Notes under the pieces: model-generated
Databases searched by the model: none
The model's input: only the letters and a program-made list of their open reading frames with translations
What the model was told of the DNA's origin: nothing
Program-made: the position numbers and the translations under genes
Part shown: one piece after another, positions 1 through 12,978 of the stretch
Layout: every line of letters starts with the position of its first letter
How positions within the stretch are numbered: the stretch's first letter is position 1
Assembly (NCBI GenBank): GCA_043228905.1
Contig: JBHGNT010000003.1
Location: forward strand, 18,910,001 to 18,974,000
DNA: 64,000 nt
From: Azolla caroliniana
Taxonomy: Eukaryota; Plantae; Polypodiophyta
Direction: 5' to 3'

Positions 1-716
1 GGTTCCGTAACATTTTCCTTCATAAGCTAAGCATAGCATATCATATCACATGTTGCAATCATATTAGACCACTGAAAATATCCATATCCCGAAGATTCAG
101 TCTACAATGAACTAATGAACACATTTGATCCACCAAGAGAATGAAATAATCATCTAAAGTATTGCAAAAAAAACACATTTGCAAATGCCAGATTCTATAT
201 TAACTCAGTTTTCAAAATTATTTATTGCCATGAACTATCTAAGAACGCATACCACAAAATGAAATAAAAAAAATTGAAATTTTGTACTACTAGGGAAACA
301 ATCAAATAATGTTCTAAAAAAGGAAAGTAGGAAAACAAACAAATCAAATCAAATATAAATGGTGCACCCTAAATCCTAAATTCACATTTTATCAATGACA
401 TGTAAAATAATTTTCATTTTAGATCATCATGTACTTCAAGACAACTTATTCTTGATGATATGTGAAAGATTCTTTTCATAATCCAAAGCAACATTTCTTT
501 ATTTTATAAATGTTTTAGTCAAGAACTTTTGCTAAGCGTCTACAAAACTTGTTTCCATATGCTCAAAACTCATCCACGTCTCTTTCTGCGGCCTCTGGCC
601 GATTTGATTGTTCTAAATGTTGCTAACTTTCTTGGTCATTAGGGACACTGTCAAATCAGCATCACTACTACAAAATCGAAAAATAACATTATATAAAAAT
701 CTAAGATGAGGAATAC

Positions 717-3700
717 CTCTAATGCCCGTGATGATTCTTTCTCGATCCACACCAATGAGTGATCCTTTGTGGCATCGCAAGACAGGACAACATGCTCAAA
801 GCGACCCTTAACTGGGACAGCTGATTTAACTATGGGAGGTACTCGTCCACAACTGCAAAATATCAAATAACCTTGTATATCTCTTCTCAATTATATACAT
901 GAAAAATTGTTTTCTTCTTCTTTTTACCTTTTCTTACATTTTTATGATTTTTTATCTTTTTCGTTTTTCTCATTCTTTCATTCTTTCAAATATTTCCCTT
1001 TTTCTATTTCATATTTTCCTATGTTTTCATTCTTTCCATTTTTATTTGTTACTTTCAATGATTTTGTTTTTTCAATTTTGGTTTGAACTTTCATTTTCTC
1101 CCATTCTTCCATTTTATCCTAATTCTTGCAGTTTTGCAGCTTTTTTCATGTTTTGATGGTTATTGATTGGCTTCCCTCTATAAAGTCTTCCAATTGCAGA
1201 TCAATCAAACAAATCACAAAAAGTCTTGAACATTTTTTAAATGAAAATTATCTCTGTTTTTCACTAAGAAAAATAACTAGCCTGCCTATGGCAATGCTGT
1301 TTGGGTACTAGCGTAAAAAGGGACAACATGGGGTGATTCTTGGCAATTGCTCAGATCATATGATCTACAGTTAACTGAGGATGGGGAGGATGACTCACAA
1401 AATGGAGTTGAAGAAAATTTCAAAAATATATAGCTGAAAGAAAAATGGAGGGTAGAATCTTCCTCTGGTAAATAAAGACCAAAAAGCTTCTGAGCTGGAG
1501 TCCGAGACTTGCAAAAAAAATTCCAGAAGGTTTTCTAGGAAAGCAGAGGATGAATTTGTTTAAAAACTAATATTTCTGCATTAAGTACATGTTAATATAT
1601 ACTGTTATATAATGTTCTACGCTATATATTATTCTATGTTGTATTCTTCCCATAATTCACATATCTTTAAGAGCTATACCTGCAAGACTTCTTATTGACA
1701 ATGTGATATACACGTCCAGGAGTGTAGAGCCTTCTTGAGTCACGTATTGCCTGCTTATTCAGCCTGAATGTGTCTTTAGTACATCTGCTGCAAAGCAGGC
1801 ATGGCAAGCTACACAAACATATTGAAACTGGCATTAGAATTTGGAACCCACAATGTGAATATACGAGAAAACAAAAATATGGAAAAAATTAATGAAAGCA
1901 AAAGTTTACGTTAGGTTCTCCCCTTTAATTAAGTCTTGCCACCTAAGACAGATTGTAGTATGTACTGAAATTTCATATACGAAGTGGGAACCACTTAGAC
2001 CTGGGTGTGATGAGTGGATGCTTACATACCCAAGCTGTTAAGTGTGATATTTGTTAGATATGGCAGCCATGGACTGAAGTAAAGACAAATATGCACATAT
2101 ACTATTTCAAAAAGACTCTCGATCGATGTTCTAATACAGCACATGATATAAATGTGTCAAAAACATCTCGTCATTCAACTCTACAGTAAGGTGATGGATG
2201 AAACTCTAAACATGTAGGATCTTCTCAAGCTTTGGGTTAATTTTGGAAAGTAGATCTTCTTGTGTAAAGTTATCTAGCTTATGCTAATCTCTGTAAATGG
2301 GAAAATTATGAAAAAGCAAGGAAAAGGGATTAAGAGAGGTCCTTTGCTTATAAATGAGTTTACGAACAAAATCTCAGCCCATAATTGAGGTCCCTTTGAT
2401 TTCTAAGAGTGATTTTCCTTGCTTGTTACAAGTTGTATCTTCTTTATTTACATTAAACCTAGTAAGTACAAATATCTTTGTCCTTACTGACAATCCATTC
2501 ATAGTCAAATTCTAGTTTGAGAGAAGTATGGGTGTTTGCAGTAAAAATCACCAAAAGACAAATTGTTAACAGAGCACATCATCAAATTTTCAAAAGAATG
2601 TATCGACAATTGCAGGGAGCTCACATCAACGAGTTATCATTAGCCCACATTGATGAATTGTCAGTAAATTCCTTCTGATGAAACTTCGAGCTGAATTTTC
2701 TACCAATAGTTCTCTCTGCCTCTGTCTGTCTGTCTCTCACTCTCTTTCTACATATATTTGAATAAAACACCTCTCTGGTTCAGAACTTCTGTGATTCCAC
2801 CTCACTTTCAGACATGCTCCTGCTTTTTGCCATCCAACCCAACCCTGACCCCGCTTCACCCATCCCTAATCCCGGTCCCCAACTACAATTCACTTGATTA
2901 CCAAATTTGACCAGGCCCTACCATCCTAACCAACCTTCCCTAGGTCAGACTGGCCCACCTATCTGTCGTAATCATCTCTTTTACGCTTCCTAAATGTGGA
3001 AGGGATTCATGGTATCAAGGGGGTGACATCAATGTCAGTGCAACAATAAACATTGTCTCCAATATATATAGATGAATTGTCTACCAATAGTCCTCCGCCT
3101 CTCTATATATGCATGCATACATATGTATATGTATATGTATATCTATATCTGTTTGTATCTGTATCTGTATCTGTATCTGTATCTGTATCTATATCTATAT
3201 ATAACGTGTGTGTATATATTATGATTCTCATAAGATGTCTGTCCTGTTTCTGCCTCAGTTTCACATGTACTCTTGCTTTTTCATAACATCAGATCCATTT
3301 TTGGCCCTGCTTCACCTATTCCTAACCCCAACCCAGTTTCATGTGATTATCAAACTTGACCAGCATCTACCATCCCAACTAACCTGCCCCAGCCAGACAG
3401 GCCCACCTATCTGCCCTATGCGATTCTATGACCATTTTTTAAGTGAAAGGACGATGGTATCAAGAGTGTTATACTGATGTCAGTGCAATGATGAACAACG
3501 TCTCCAACATGCAAGTTTTAGAAAACAAGGAGATTAACAAGTCTACCTTTAGGAGTCATTGGTAAAATTCACCATACCTGATAGTTTCTTAGAAAATAAA
3601 AAAGCATTCTTCCAAATCATGTTCAGTCATCTTGTTGATAATGACACACCATTATTGTTAGCTTTCAAGATAGGCACCACTCTTATGCCATTACAATGGC

Positions 3701-5273
3701 AAGGAGTGAAAGAGATTGATAGATATCCAGGAGCTACAGCTACGATTTGGCAAAAGTATTCTTGGCCTAAGACCTCAAAGTTTGAATGTAATTTCATAGA
3801 TTGTGGAGATTTTGGCCATAGCAATAATGTGCATATGGCAAGTTTGATGCTATGGGGAGAAATCAAGATCTGCATGTATTGTCATAAGACAAAATTGGTG
3901 TGTAATCAAGATAGCCAAGGTCAAGAATCTTCTTTTTTCGGCCTTTGCATTGTCCACACACTTGTATTATGTATGGAGGATTTCTGTCATGGGCTTGTCA
4001 GCTGTGATGACTTGAAAGATTATCTCCACTAATAATATTGTGACTCTTGCAACTTACCCAAGCTATATCACATGCAAGCTGATTTATATCATATAAATGC
4101 ATACTTTTATCAGTTGCATTGCTAGATTGAGACTTTATTTAGATCTCTACACCATGATGAGATAGACATGTTTATTGCAGGAACAAAAGTCATTAAGCAG
4201 CTAACTAATTATTAGGTCAAAACCATAAAGATTTAGGTTAAATTTTTTTTCACTCTTGATCGCATTATCTAGTTGAAAGGAAAATATATACTAAGCTATC
4301 ACAAAAAACTGTTAACCTTCTCAGTTCCCCACACAAGAAAAAAAACCATGTAACAACTGCCATAGGAAAAACCACCTCACCAGAAGATACTCTTGAAAAT
4401 GTCCTCCAGGGGTGTGACTGTCCGCGGCAAGAAATCATCCTGCATTGTATAATGTAACTGAATAAGAATGCATAAATCTTATCCATGCTTATTGGTAGTA
4501 TCACATTGTACAACTATCCTTAAAAAATGTATAGAAATGTAAATTGGACACCCTAATAGGATCTGAAGTGTCACTTGGATGGCTATTTTATGTATGTTTT
4601 CGACGATATTCAAATACATCTTAAATGTTTCTATCAATACTTGATAATACAACTTTATTTTGAGATCACTCCATGCACAGAGCATAGTTACAGAATAATT
4701 ATGAATATAGTAAGTGTACAATATGTATGCTATGTCTTCTAAAGTCATTCTACCTTTTTTGTTAAATTTTTAGAATATGCATTTTATTGTATTGCATCTA
4801 GCAATTGTATTTTGGCCATTTTTTTTTTTTTGGAAATGTGTGCACTTGTTAAATATGTGTAACATTTTGAAATGACAGTTCTAGAACATAGAATACAAGT
4901 GAAATATTTCAGAATATTCTTAAATGTATTCTATGCATAAAATCTGCTTCTTTTAGCTATGGTTTAGCTATGGTTTGGAGCAATTTTCTCTTCGGGCATT
5001 ACATAATAGGAAATTAGGTGAGAATACTGCAAATGTATGGGAATTTTGAACAAAAAAACTAAATAGTCCAACTGTATTTTGTTCATTTGATTAATATTTC
5101 TAACAAGCAAGGTAAAATACCCAATCATTCTTGCTTGTAATCCATCTTCATTAGGATAGTTTCTCTAGGAGGCAATCATTGTGCAAATTTACATTGAATG
5201 CCTAAAATTGCAGAAGAAATTATGTGCTTTACAAATTTGACTATTTTTAGCATGCTGATGAGCATTATGGTTC

Positions 5274-5312
<39 letters not shown>

Positions 5313-6284
5313 TACGAGAGTAAAATTAAGGGAACCCATGCTCGTCCTCCCCATGGGTTTGCTGGCCCCATCCCATAGATTGTAATCAGTTTCCCATGGC
5401 TGCTAAGAAGATCCCCCCCTCTCTCTTATCGGTTTCTAAAAGCTAATTGATTACTACATTTGCAAGCACCACACTGTGTTTTACAAATTTTTCCATTTTT
5501 CTTGTTAAGTTTATGAATCATGTCTGATCTAGTTAAATATGAACTTAGAAAAGAAAATAAAAGAAGGTTGACATCTTACCTGCAAAATCACTGAATGGAT
5601 GATATCGGCATAGAGGAGTGCTAAGTTTAATGACATACACCTCGCGGGCGCAATGCAATAGCAGCGAATCTTTTCTCTAGCAATACTTCCTATCGAGTTT
5701 CGATCTTTCGCCACAAGTAGGGATACCAAGGCAACCACACCAGACCCTAGTGAATGACCAGCAAAGCTCAGAGTATAAGAAGGATTTTCCATAACCAACC
5801 TTCTCAAAGTGTCTCCTTCTTCATTAAGCAACCACATTGCTGCTTTGAGGAGTCCATGGTGCACATAACCATTATCATATGGCTCCTTTCCAAGGTCATT
5901 ATTGAGCAACACAGAGTAATCTTTTTCTTTAATAAGGTTGAGGCCTCTCACAGCAAGAACAATGTCTTTAGCAATGTGATCCACATAGATCAGATATGGT
6001 GGACATCGACCACCGGTATCATCATACCCAGCTTTCTTCACAAGTGAAGAGATATCCATATTATAACCACCCTGAGGAGGCCATTGGGGGTTATTAAGAT
6101 CACTTTCATATACAGCTAAGATCATTCTACACATCCGTGGAATGGGTTCAAAATCTTCTATGGATGCAAGAGGCCATTTATCACTATCTTTGTAGCCAGC
6201 CATTAACCATCTCTTACAAAGATATCTTCCACAAGCCACTACATATATACATTCAAGCAAAGGTACACCCACAGCTATAGACAT
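717..6284 (-). CDS. Class 3 (alpha/beta-hydrolase) lipase family protein, spliced
   Basis: Exon 1 5580-6284 (MSIAVGVPLLEC..., GHSLG nucleophile elbow, IAPARCMSLNLA). Further GT-AG exons: 4381-4439 (DDFLPRTVTPLEDIFKSIF), 1680-1808 (LPCLLC...RLYTPGRVYHIV), 717-852 (GRFEHVVLSCDATKDH). The terminal exon below 717 is uncertain, possibly ~532-612. Confidence 0.9.
2650..3515. repeat. Diverged ~430-bp direct duplication in lipase intron 2
   Basis: Two copies of GATGAATTGTC...CAGAC(T/A)GGCCCACCTATCTG...ATGGTATCAAG...ATGTCAGTGCAA...GTCTCCAA; the second copy contains a (GTATCT)n tract. Confidence 0.6.
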
Positions 6285-7169
6285 TTTCTTCTTTCCACAA
6301 AAACACTCACAAGAGATTGCTGTGTTAGAAAACCTAAGGTAGCCTCTTAGAGCTTTAGAGTTTAGTTTACTAGGGTTAGGAAATCGGGTAGCTTTTAAGG
6401 TTTATGGTTTAATTTTAAGGGTTTCAGATTTTAGGACATTGGATTTTAATTTCTGGAATTTAATGTTTAACACGTAAGGTACGGTTTAGGGTTTGGGGCT
6501 GAGAATTTGAATTAGGATTAGGGATTAGGAATCGCCGTTTCAATAGTATATAGAATTAAAGAACCGCCAGGGTTCTGCAGAAAATCCACCGAATTTCCAC
6601 TGGGAGGATAAAAGCCTTTCCAGATGAGTGAATTGTGGCAATAAATGATATAGGTTTTGTGGAGGAAAGAAGGTTCGGTGATTTTCTGAGTGTTTCCCCA
6701 ACTCTCCTTGTAATCAGGTAAAGAAGCTTCCTGGATTCTCTGTTTCTCTTACTGTAATGAGGAGTTATTATAGCCAGTTCTCTGAGAGTTGACCTAATTC
6801 TTCCTTTCATGAAGGTAAAGAAAGACCTTTGGGTGCATCTGAAGTTTGAACTTTGCCCAATTCCGTCTTCTTCTTCTTTCCTTTTAATCGTTTTCTTCTT
6901 CTTCTTCTTCTTCTGAGCTATAGAAGGGTGTATAGATTTGCAGCATTTGCTGTTGCTTTTAACAGACACCATAGCTTCCTTTTTTGGGCTTCAACTTCTT
7001 CTTTTGCTCTGAATTTCCTCTAATTTTCTAACCATAATCTATCTACATATATGTATACAGTATACATATGTAACCACATCTTCACTTGTCTTAGAGAAGA
7101 CTCAATGCTCTCAAAAACCTCTTCATGATCTATATCTCCATCATTTGACACACCAGGAGATCATCCGAA

Positions 7170-7372
7170 TCTGTGGTCACAATGAAATGGCGTGTAATGA
7201 TCGCGTGCAAATGCTTGGGATGTTCGTTGGCATCTAATGAAACTGTGGTCACGACGAAATGGCGTATGATGATCCTGCCAATGCTCTGGATGATCGTTGG
7301 TATCTTATGAAAATGTGATCACGCTGAAATGGCATGTAATGATCGTGCCAATGCATCATTGGCATCTAATGA
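7170..7372. repeat. Tandem repeat, 3 x ~70 bp, upstream of lipase
   Basis: Three diverged copies of GTGGTCAC..GAAATGGCGTGTAATGATCG..CAAATGCT..GATCGTTGGCATCTAATGA. Confidence 0.7.
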
Positions 7373-7639
7373 GAATCGGTTGGTTGGAATGTGGTCTTTT
7401 TCCCGGGACATGTGCAACCCACCCATGGCTGGCATGTAAAAGATTTGTCACAATGTGTTTGTGATGATACTGTTGATGTCCCACGAAAAAATCGGCTCAT
7501 TGCAATGTGGGTTGTACATATCTTGGCCTCACATGTTAAAATATTTTGGGGAGAGAGAGAGAGAGAGAACCTAATGGGGTTCGACCTTAAAGAGACGAGG
7601 ACTAGGACTTGGCACTTGTTTCTTTTGAACCGTTCCATT

Positions 7640-8110
7640 GGAGGATAGTACACATAGATTCATTAAATGTCCTATAGTGTGTACCATTTGGAAGTACTTA
7701 TCAGACATTTAGCAAGTTTTAACCCGTTGTTGTTTGAGACCTCAACAATGGGGTTTTTCTCAATACGTTCAAAAGGGTTCAAATGATGAGACGGAGATAT
7801 TGTTCCAATTTTTATGTTATGGGGGACTACAACACAATTGGAATATGCGTAATGCTTTCATGTTTGATAGTAGACATGGGGTGAAAGCCTATATAAAGAA
7901 GCTAAAAGGTATTCTCATGTGGAATTTTTGGATGTTAGAGCATGTGGGGATCATTTCCTCAAATGCATATTCAGGTTTTTAATGGCATTACAGGACGTCC
8001 CTCTCCCTAGATAAGCATATGATAGGTAGAGGAGACTAAGAAGTGTTGTAACTAAGTGGATTTTACATACAATTAATATAATTGTGTGCTTTCACCAAAG
8101 AGAGAGAGAG
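7640..8110 (+). mobile_element. LINE 3' fragment (end of ORF2 plus 3' UTR) ending in (GA)n
   Basis: Peptide QQWGF..ETEILFQFL..NWNMRNAFMFDSRHGVKAYIKKLKG matches the ORF2 C-termini at ~41400-41650 and ~47900-48100; ends TTCACCAAAGAGAGAG. Confidence 0.75.
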
Positions 8111-8213
8111 ATTTCATCTTGATGTTCTCTCCAACCACAAATGTTGCACCCTCCATTAAGGTGGTATGAACAAATGATGGAGAAATTTTTGTCTTGCGAT
8201 ACCATGTATATGA

Positions 8214-8466
8214 TGGTTAATGTTTCATTTGTGTGCATTGCATAATACATATAATTGTTCTTTTGTGTCATACATAATTTGTTTTTCTTCCTCTGACGTT
8301 TTCTTGTCTATCTTGGATAGTTTCATGTCTATTTTTCTTTGGTTAATGTTTCATTTGTGTGCATTGCATAATACATATAATTGTTCTTTTGTGTCATACA
8401 TAATTTGTTTTTCTTCCTCCGATGTTTTCTTGTCTATCTTAGATAGTTTCATGTCTATTTTTCTTT
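8214..8466. repeat. Near-perfect 126-bp tandem duplication
   Basis: GGTTAATGTTTCATTTGTGTGC...GTCTATTTTTCTTT occurs twice, also visible as a repeated 42-aa block in ORF 8220-8495. Confidence 0.9.
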
Positions 8467-8797
8467 CTTCATGTATTATATTGTCATCTCATTGATGAGT
8501 TTAGATTCTTTTAGAAAGAGATTTTTTCTTCCCATCACTGGAGTATGCATATTTTATGCAATGTATCATTTTTATGGAATTCCAACTTCATCTAGGCTGT
8601 AATTAGCTCATCTATCATAATGTGAGCACTACGATTGCATTAAACATCTAGCTTTCATTTAGAAACTCTAGTTGTCAAATTTAAACATTTAAACATATAA
8701 CATCCACACCAAATATGAACCAATGAATGGAAGACAATTTCAAAATTTTTACATCTAAATTGTGTGTGTGAGATATATAAATAAATAAATAAATATG

Positions 8798-8830
<33 letters not shown>

Positions 8831-8849
8831 TCTACCTAAGATAGATAAA

Positions 8850-9034
8850 TAGATAGAAATTATTATCATCTTTGGAGGTCAAATATGACCTATGACACCA
8901 AAAATATTATATTTCACGTAATACATGTGAAAGTATCTCTATGTTAAAGAACTTACTAATGAATGTTGCAATCGAGAGTGCACATTGTGATAGTGAGAGA
9001 AAATCATGCAAGGATTGGGTTTGGTTGAGAATGT

Positions 9035-9050
<16 letters not shown>
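8850..9050. repeat. Dispersed ~200-300-bp (GA)n-flanked element, copy 1
   Basis: ATTATCATCTTTGGAGGTCAAATATGACCTATGACACCAAAAATATTA...GAATGTTGCAATCGAGAGTGCACAT...GCAAGGATTGGG aligns with ~41765-41940. Confidence 0.8.
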
Positions 9051-9072
<22 letters not shown>

Positions 9073-9078
<6 letters not shown>

Positions 9079-9477
9079 AGATTATAGATTATATTATCTT
9101 CTTCAGAGGTCAAATATGATCTATGAGAGAGAGAGAGAGAGAGAGATTATATTATCGTCTTCGGAGGTCAAATATGACTTATGAGAGAGAGAGAGATTAT
9201 ATTATCATCTTCGGAGGTCAAATATGATCTATGAGAGAGAGAGAGAGAGAGAGAGAAGGAGATTATAGATTACATTATCGTATTCGGAGGTCAAATATGA
9301 TCTATGAGAGAGAGAGAGAGATTATAGATTATATTATCGTATATGGAGGTCAAATATGACCTATGAGAGAGAGAGAGATTATAATATCGTCTTCGGAGGT
9401 CAAATATAACCTATGAGAGAGAGATTATATTATTGTCTCTAGAGGTCAAATATGACCTATGAGAGAGAGAGAGAGAG
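9073..9477. repeat. Compound satellite: 7 copies of a ~38-bp unit separated by variable (GA)n
   Basis: Unit GATTATATTATCGTCTTCGGAGGTCAAATATGACCTAT, each copy followed by a GA run of different length. Confidence 0.9.
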
Positions 9478-9569
9478 TAAAGGGAAAAAAAGCAATATGA
9501 AATAGGTAATATGTTGCATTTCAATAAATAAATAAAACAAATTCGATAAATAAATAAAAAAATTTAGAA

Positions 9570-10410
9570 AAATGGATTTCTAACTAAAATCTGATGCACT
9601 ACATCGGATTTCCGTTGAAAGTCCAAAAATTTTCGTTTATTTTTATTTATTTATCATGGATTTTCAACTGAAATGCATTGGATTTCCATTGGAAATCCAA
9701 GAGTTTTTTTATTCTTTCATTGTTTTAGGAAAAAACTAAAAGAAATTTTGATTTTCAATTGAAATTCGATATAGTGCATCCGATTTCAGTTGGAAATCCA
9801 TTTTTAAAATTATTTTTATTTATTTATCGAAAAAATGAAAAACAATTGAAAAGAAAAAGGATTTCAGCTAAAATCCGATGCACTACATCGAATTCTAGCT
9901 GTATAGACTAAAATCCGATGTAGTGCATCGGATTTCAAAATCCATTTATTTATTTATTTTTATTTATTTTACTTTTTATGGAAAAAAATAAAAAACATTG
10001 AAAATGCATTGCATTGGATTCTAGCTGTATAGACTAAAATACAATGTAGTGCATCGTATTTTAGCTGAAAATCCATTATTATTTTTTTATGGAAAATATT
10101 TTAAAAATTAAAAATTTAAAAAAATCTTGGAGTTTCAACTGAAATCCAGTGCATTGCATTGGATTCAAGTTGAAAATCCAAGATTTTTTATTTTTTCAAA
10201 TTTTATCTAGTTGAAAATCCGATATAGTGAATCAGATCCTAAATGTGGCTCCAAACACAACACAAAGACAAACAAGAAGCATGACTTCGAACCACGATGC
10301 ATTGCATCAGATTATACTTTATACATCTAGTATCTAATGCAATGCAATGGATTCTTGTTGTAAGTGTTGGATTTGCAACAAAAATGCGATGCATTGCATC
10401 AGATTTGAAA
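9570..10410. repeat. Array of palindromic AAATCCGATGCACTACATCGGATTT-type motifs in A/T-rich spacers (foldback or subterminal-repeat-like)
   Basis: About ten variants of ATCCGATG(CACTA/TAGTG/CATTG)CATCGGAT in both orientations, e.g. 9871-9936. Confidence 0.7.
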
Positions 10411-11297
10411 ATATACAAAATTTCCCCTAGTTTTCTATGTAGTTAGACCTCCATTTTTTTGTAGTTTTCAACATGTTTTTTTGCTAAGAAATGCTCATTT
10501 TATAGGAATTATTCAATCTTTCCATGTAACTACAAACTCCACACATAATTTAAAAATGCAAATAAAAAACCAAATATGTGGATTGCCAATGGTTCCCTCT
10601 TCCATGGTAATGCATCTTGGTTCGAAATAAAGTTACAACAGGTTGTTTCTGAAATAAAGTTCTTAACATGACAACAAGTTGAGAACAATGTTCTACATTT
10701 TGAGACAAATCAATAGCAGTGTGGATTGCATTTAATGCTAAGAGACACATTCTATATATAAATAAACATAAATTACGCATTGTAAAATTTGTTCAATGGG
10801 GTACCATTTTCATAATTTGTAAAATCGGGGTTAATACAATTAAGCTTACATGGATTTCCATTCCTTATCTCCAAATTGGATGAAAGAACATGACAGATGG
10901 AATATGAAACTACTAACTTTCTTGTCATGAAAATAATTAGTTGAGAATTTTGGTATGTTTTAAGAAACCGTGTATGCATGTGTCATACCATTGTAAAATT
11001 GTGCTGAAATGAGCCATTTTTTAACATCTCCCCTGAAGTAAAAAAGAGAACACGATATATTACTTGTTTCAAATGTCCTGGTGTTAGTGGAGCGGGGAAG
11101 AAGAAGAAGCAAATTTGTTTTTGTTGTTGTGCCATCTATCAGCAACAGAATTGGACACAAAGACAAGCGTTAAAAAGCTCTCGATTAGAGCTTCGTAAGA
11201 GATATAACAAGTTAAATTTGGTGGTTTGTACGAGAAGCAGTGATAGAAATAAGGAATCTTGTGTTGTCGGCATCCACATAATCAATCCACATTGCGG

Positions 11298-11592
11298 CGT
11301 CGTGAAGATTTTCGGCAACGGTGTGAAAATTGTGTGCAACGAACAAAATCGAGAATGTGCAATGTGCATGTGTGAAAGGGGTGAAGGCCACACACATATG
11401 CTAGCATGTTGTAAATAGGAGTGAAATGAGAATCGTAAAAGGAAAGCTAGATGTAAAGTTAAACATGTGCACGTGTGATGTGCGCTCAATTGTAAATATA
11501 AAAATAAGACTAAAGACTAGTAACATTTAAGTGCATACATAAGGATGGAATCAAGGCTTGAACCTTGCACCTCCAAGATAGGAGACCAATCG
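11298..11592 (+). mobile_element. LTR fragment (U3 start) of the TGTCGTGAAG family
   Basis: CGTCGTGAAGATTTTCGGCAACGGTGTGAAAATTG is the reverse complement of the LTR end at 28990-29025; 11500-11590 matches 28325-28410 inverted. Confidence 0.7.
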
Positions 11593-12518
11593 TTTTTTGA
11601 TAAACGATTGGTGCATGTAATGCAATGGTCCCCGGTAGTGGATTATCATGCTTTGTTAAAACAAGAATGCCCTATTTGCATAATAGTGGATTGTAAGCAC
11701 ACTTTTTTATGGCCACTTTCATTAGAGTTGATGAGTCAAATGGGTAAAGTGTTGATATCTCCACATGCAAATGTTACAAATAAGTGCAAATTTTGTGTGT
11801 TATGGGATACAAGTTGTAAGAGGCCAGGATGGGTGCGTATGAACACACCTGGTATGAAAAGACTTTCTTTTAAATTGAAGTAGGAGACATTTGCAGGTCA
11901 TTGTTTTGGATGTGGTGAATGGGGTCACTTTATGGTGGAAGGCCATCGTCATTGTCCTTCAACTATAGAGGTTCCTAATGAAGGGAATGGTAAGGAAGGA
12001 GTTGGGATAGATGTTGGTGTGTCAGATATTATGGTTGTTATGGATGAAGAAACATCATCTAGAGCAGGTTATAAAGAGGTCTCACTTCAAGCTTTGGGCC
12101 CTAAGGATAAGGGAACTCAATCTATGGATATGGAAAAACAAAGTTGAGTGGTTATAGAGATTTAAGGGGAAAAAATTGTTGGATAGAGCTAATAGTGATG
12201 TTGTTGTTGACAAAGATTGGCATCAGGTTAAGGGCAAGTCGAAGGGGAAATCAATGAATATGCAACGTAATAGTTTAACCACTACTCGTGAGACTACTTG
12301 GCAAGGTAATTCAAAATGTTCATTGGCAACGACAATTTAGGGATAAGGGATTACCCCTTCATGTTCAATTTGATTTAGTGGGACGGGTTGTAAATTCATT
12401 GAATTCTCGAGGTTTTCGTTAAGCGGGAGGACCTAAACAAAAGATTTTGATAGACAACCCCAAGGATGTGGTGCATGAAAATCCATATGCATCATTGGAA
12501 CATGCTTTGACTAGTTTT
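11593..12518 (+). pseudogene. LINE ORF1 remnant (DUF4283-like region plus zinc knuckle)
   Basis: FFDKRLVHVMQWSPVVD...; past a stop, CFGCGEWGHF (CCH knuckle); acidic/basic tail ending ...HENPYASLE. Confidence 0.65.
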
Positions 12519-12609
12519 TGTTAGGAATAGTACTGAAACAGAGATAAATTAGTACTAAGAGATGCTGATTAGTACTAAGAAGAAAAGAGGGTGCAGAACA
12601 GTCGAGAAA

Positions 12610-12687
<78 letters not shown>

Positions 12688-12978
12688 TGATCATAACAAT
12701 ATATTATGTGAAAGAATATACAAGAATAGCTAGGAGGCTTAAGACTGGTGTTGAACCGATTTTGTTCGAAATAATGCCTTGTGCCTCCTTTTATAGTGTT
12801 CTCAAGAGTACTCCTGAAGTTTCTAGAATGTTCTAGAGAAATCTGGAATATACATCAATTTTCTATAGTAAAACTTAAATGAAAATAATGTCTTTAATAT
12901 TACAATACATAGCCTAATGGTAAAGCCTCGACCCATGTAACATAAGGTCATGGGTTCAAGTCTTGCCATATCATGACA
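12519..12978 (-). repeat. 3' LTR of chromovirus
   Basis: TGTTAGG...TCATGACA; the first ~280 bp match 29295-29520; TATA (CTATAAAAGG on -) at ~12790. Confidence 0.9.
12910..12966 (+). promoter_or_regulatory. tRNA-like Pol III A/B-box module in chromovirus LTR U3
   Basis: A box TAGCCTAATGG 12910-12920 and B box GGTTCAAGTC 12953-12962 at tRNA spacing. Confidence 0.6.

Noticed and set aside
3559-4032. 157-aa ORF antisense in the lipase intron
   Set aside because: No recognisable domain; probably decayed repeat sequence.
6480-6530. Interstitial telomere
   Set aside because: Only a few degenerate TTAGGG-like units in the lipase leader; at most telo-box-like.
9073-9477. CRISPR array
   Set aside because: Spacers are only (GA)n, there are no cas genes, and the context is eukaryotic.
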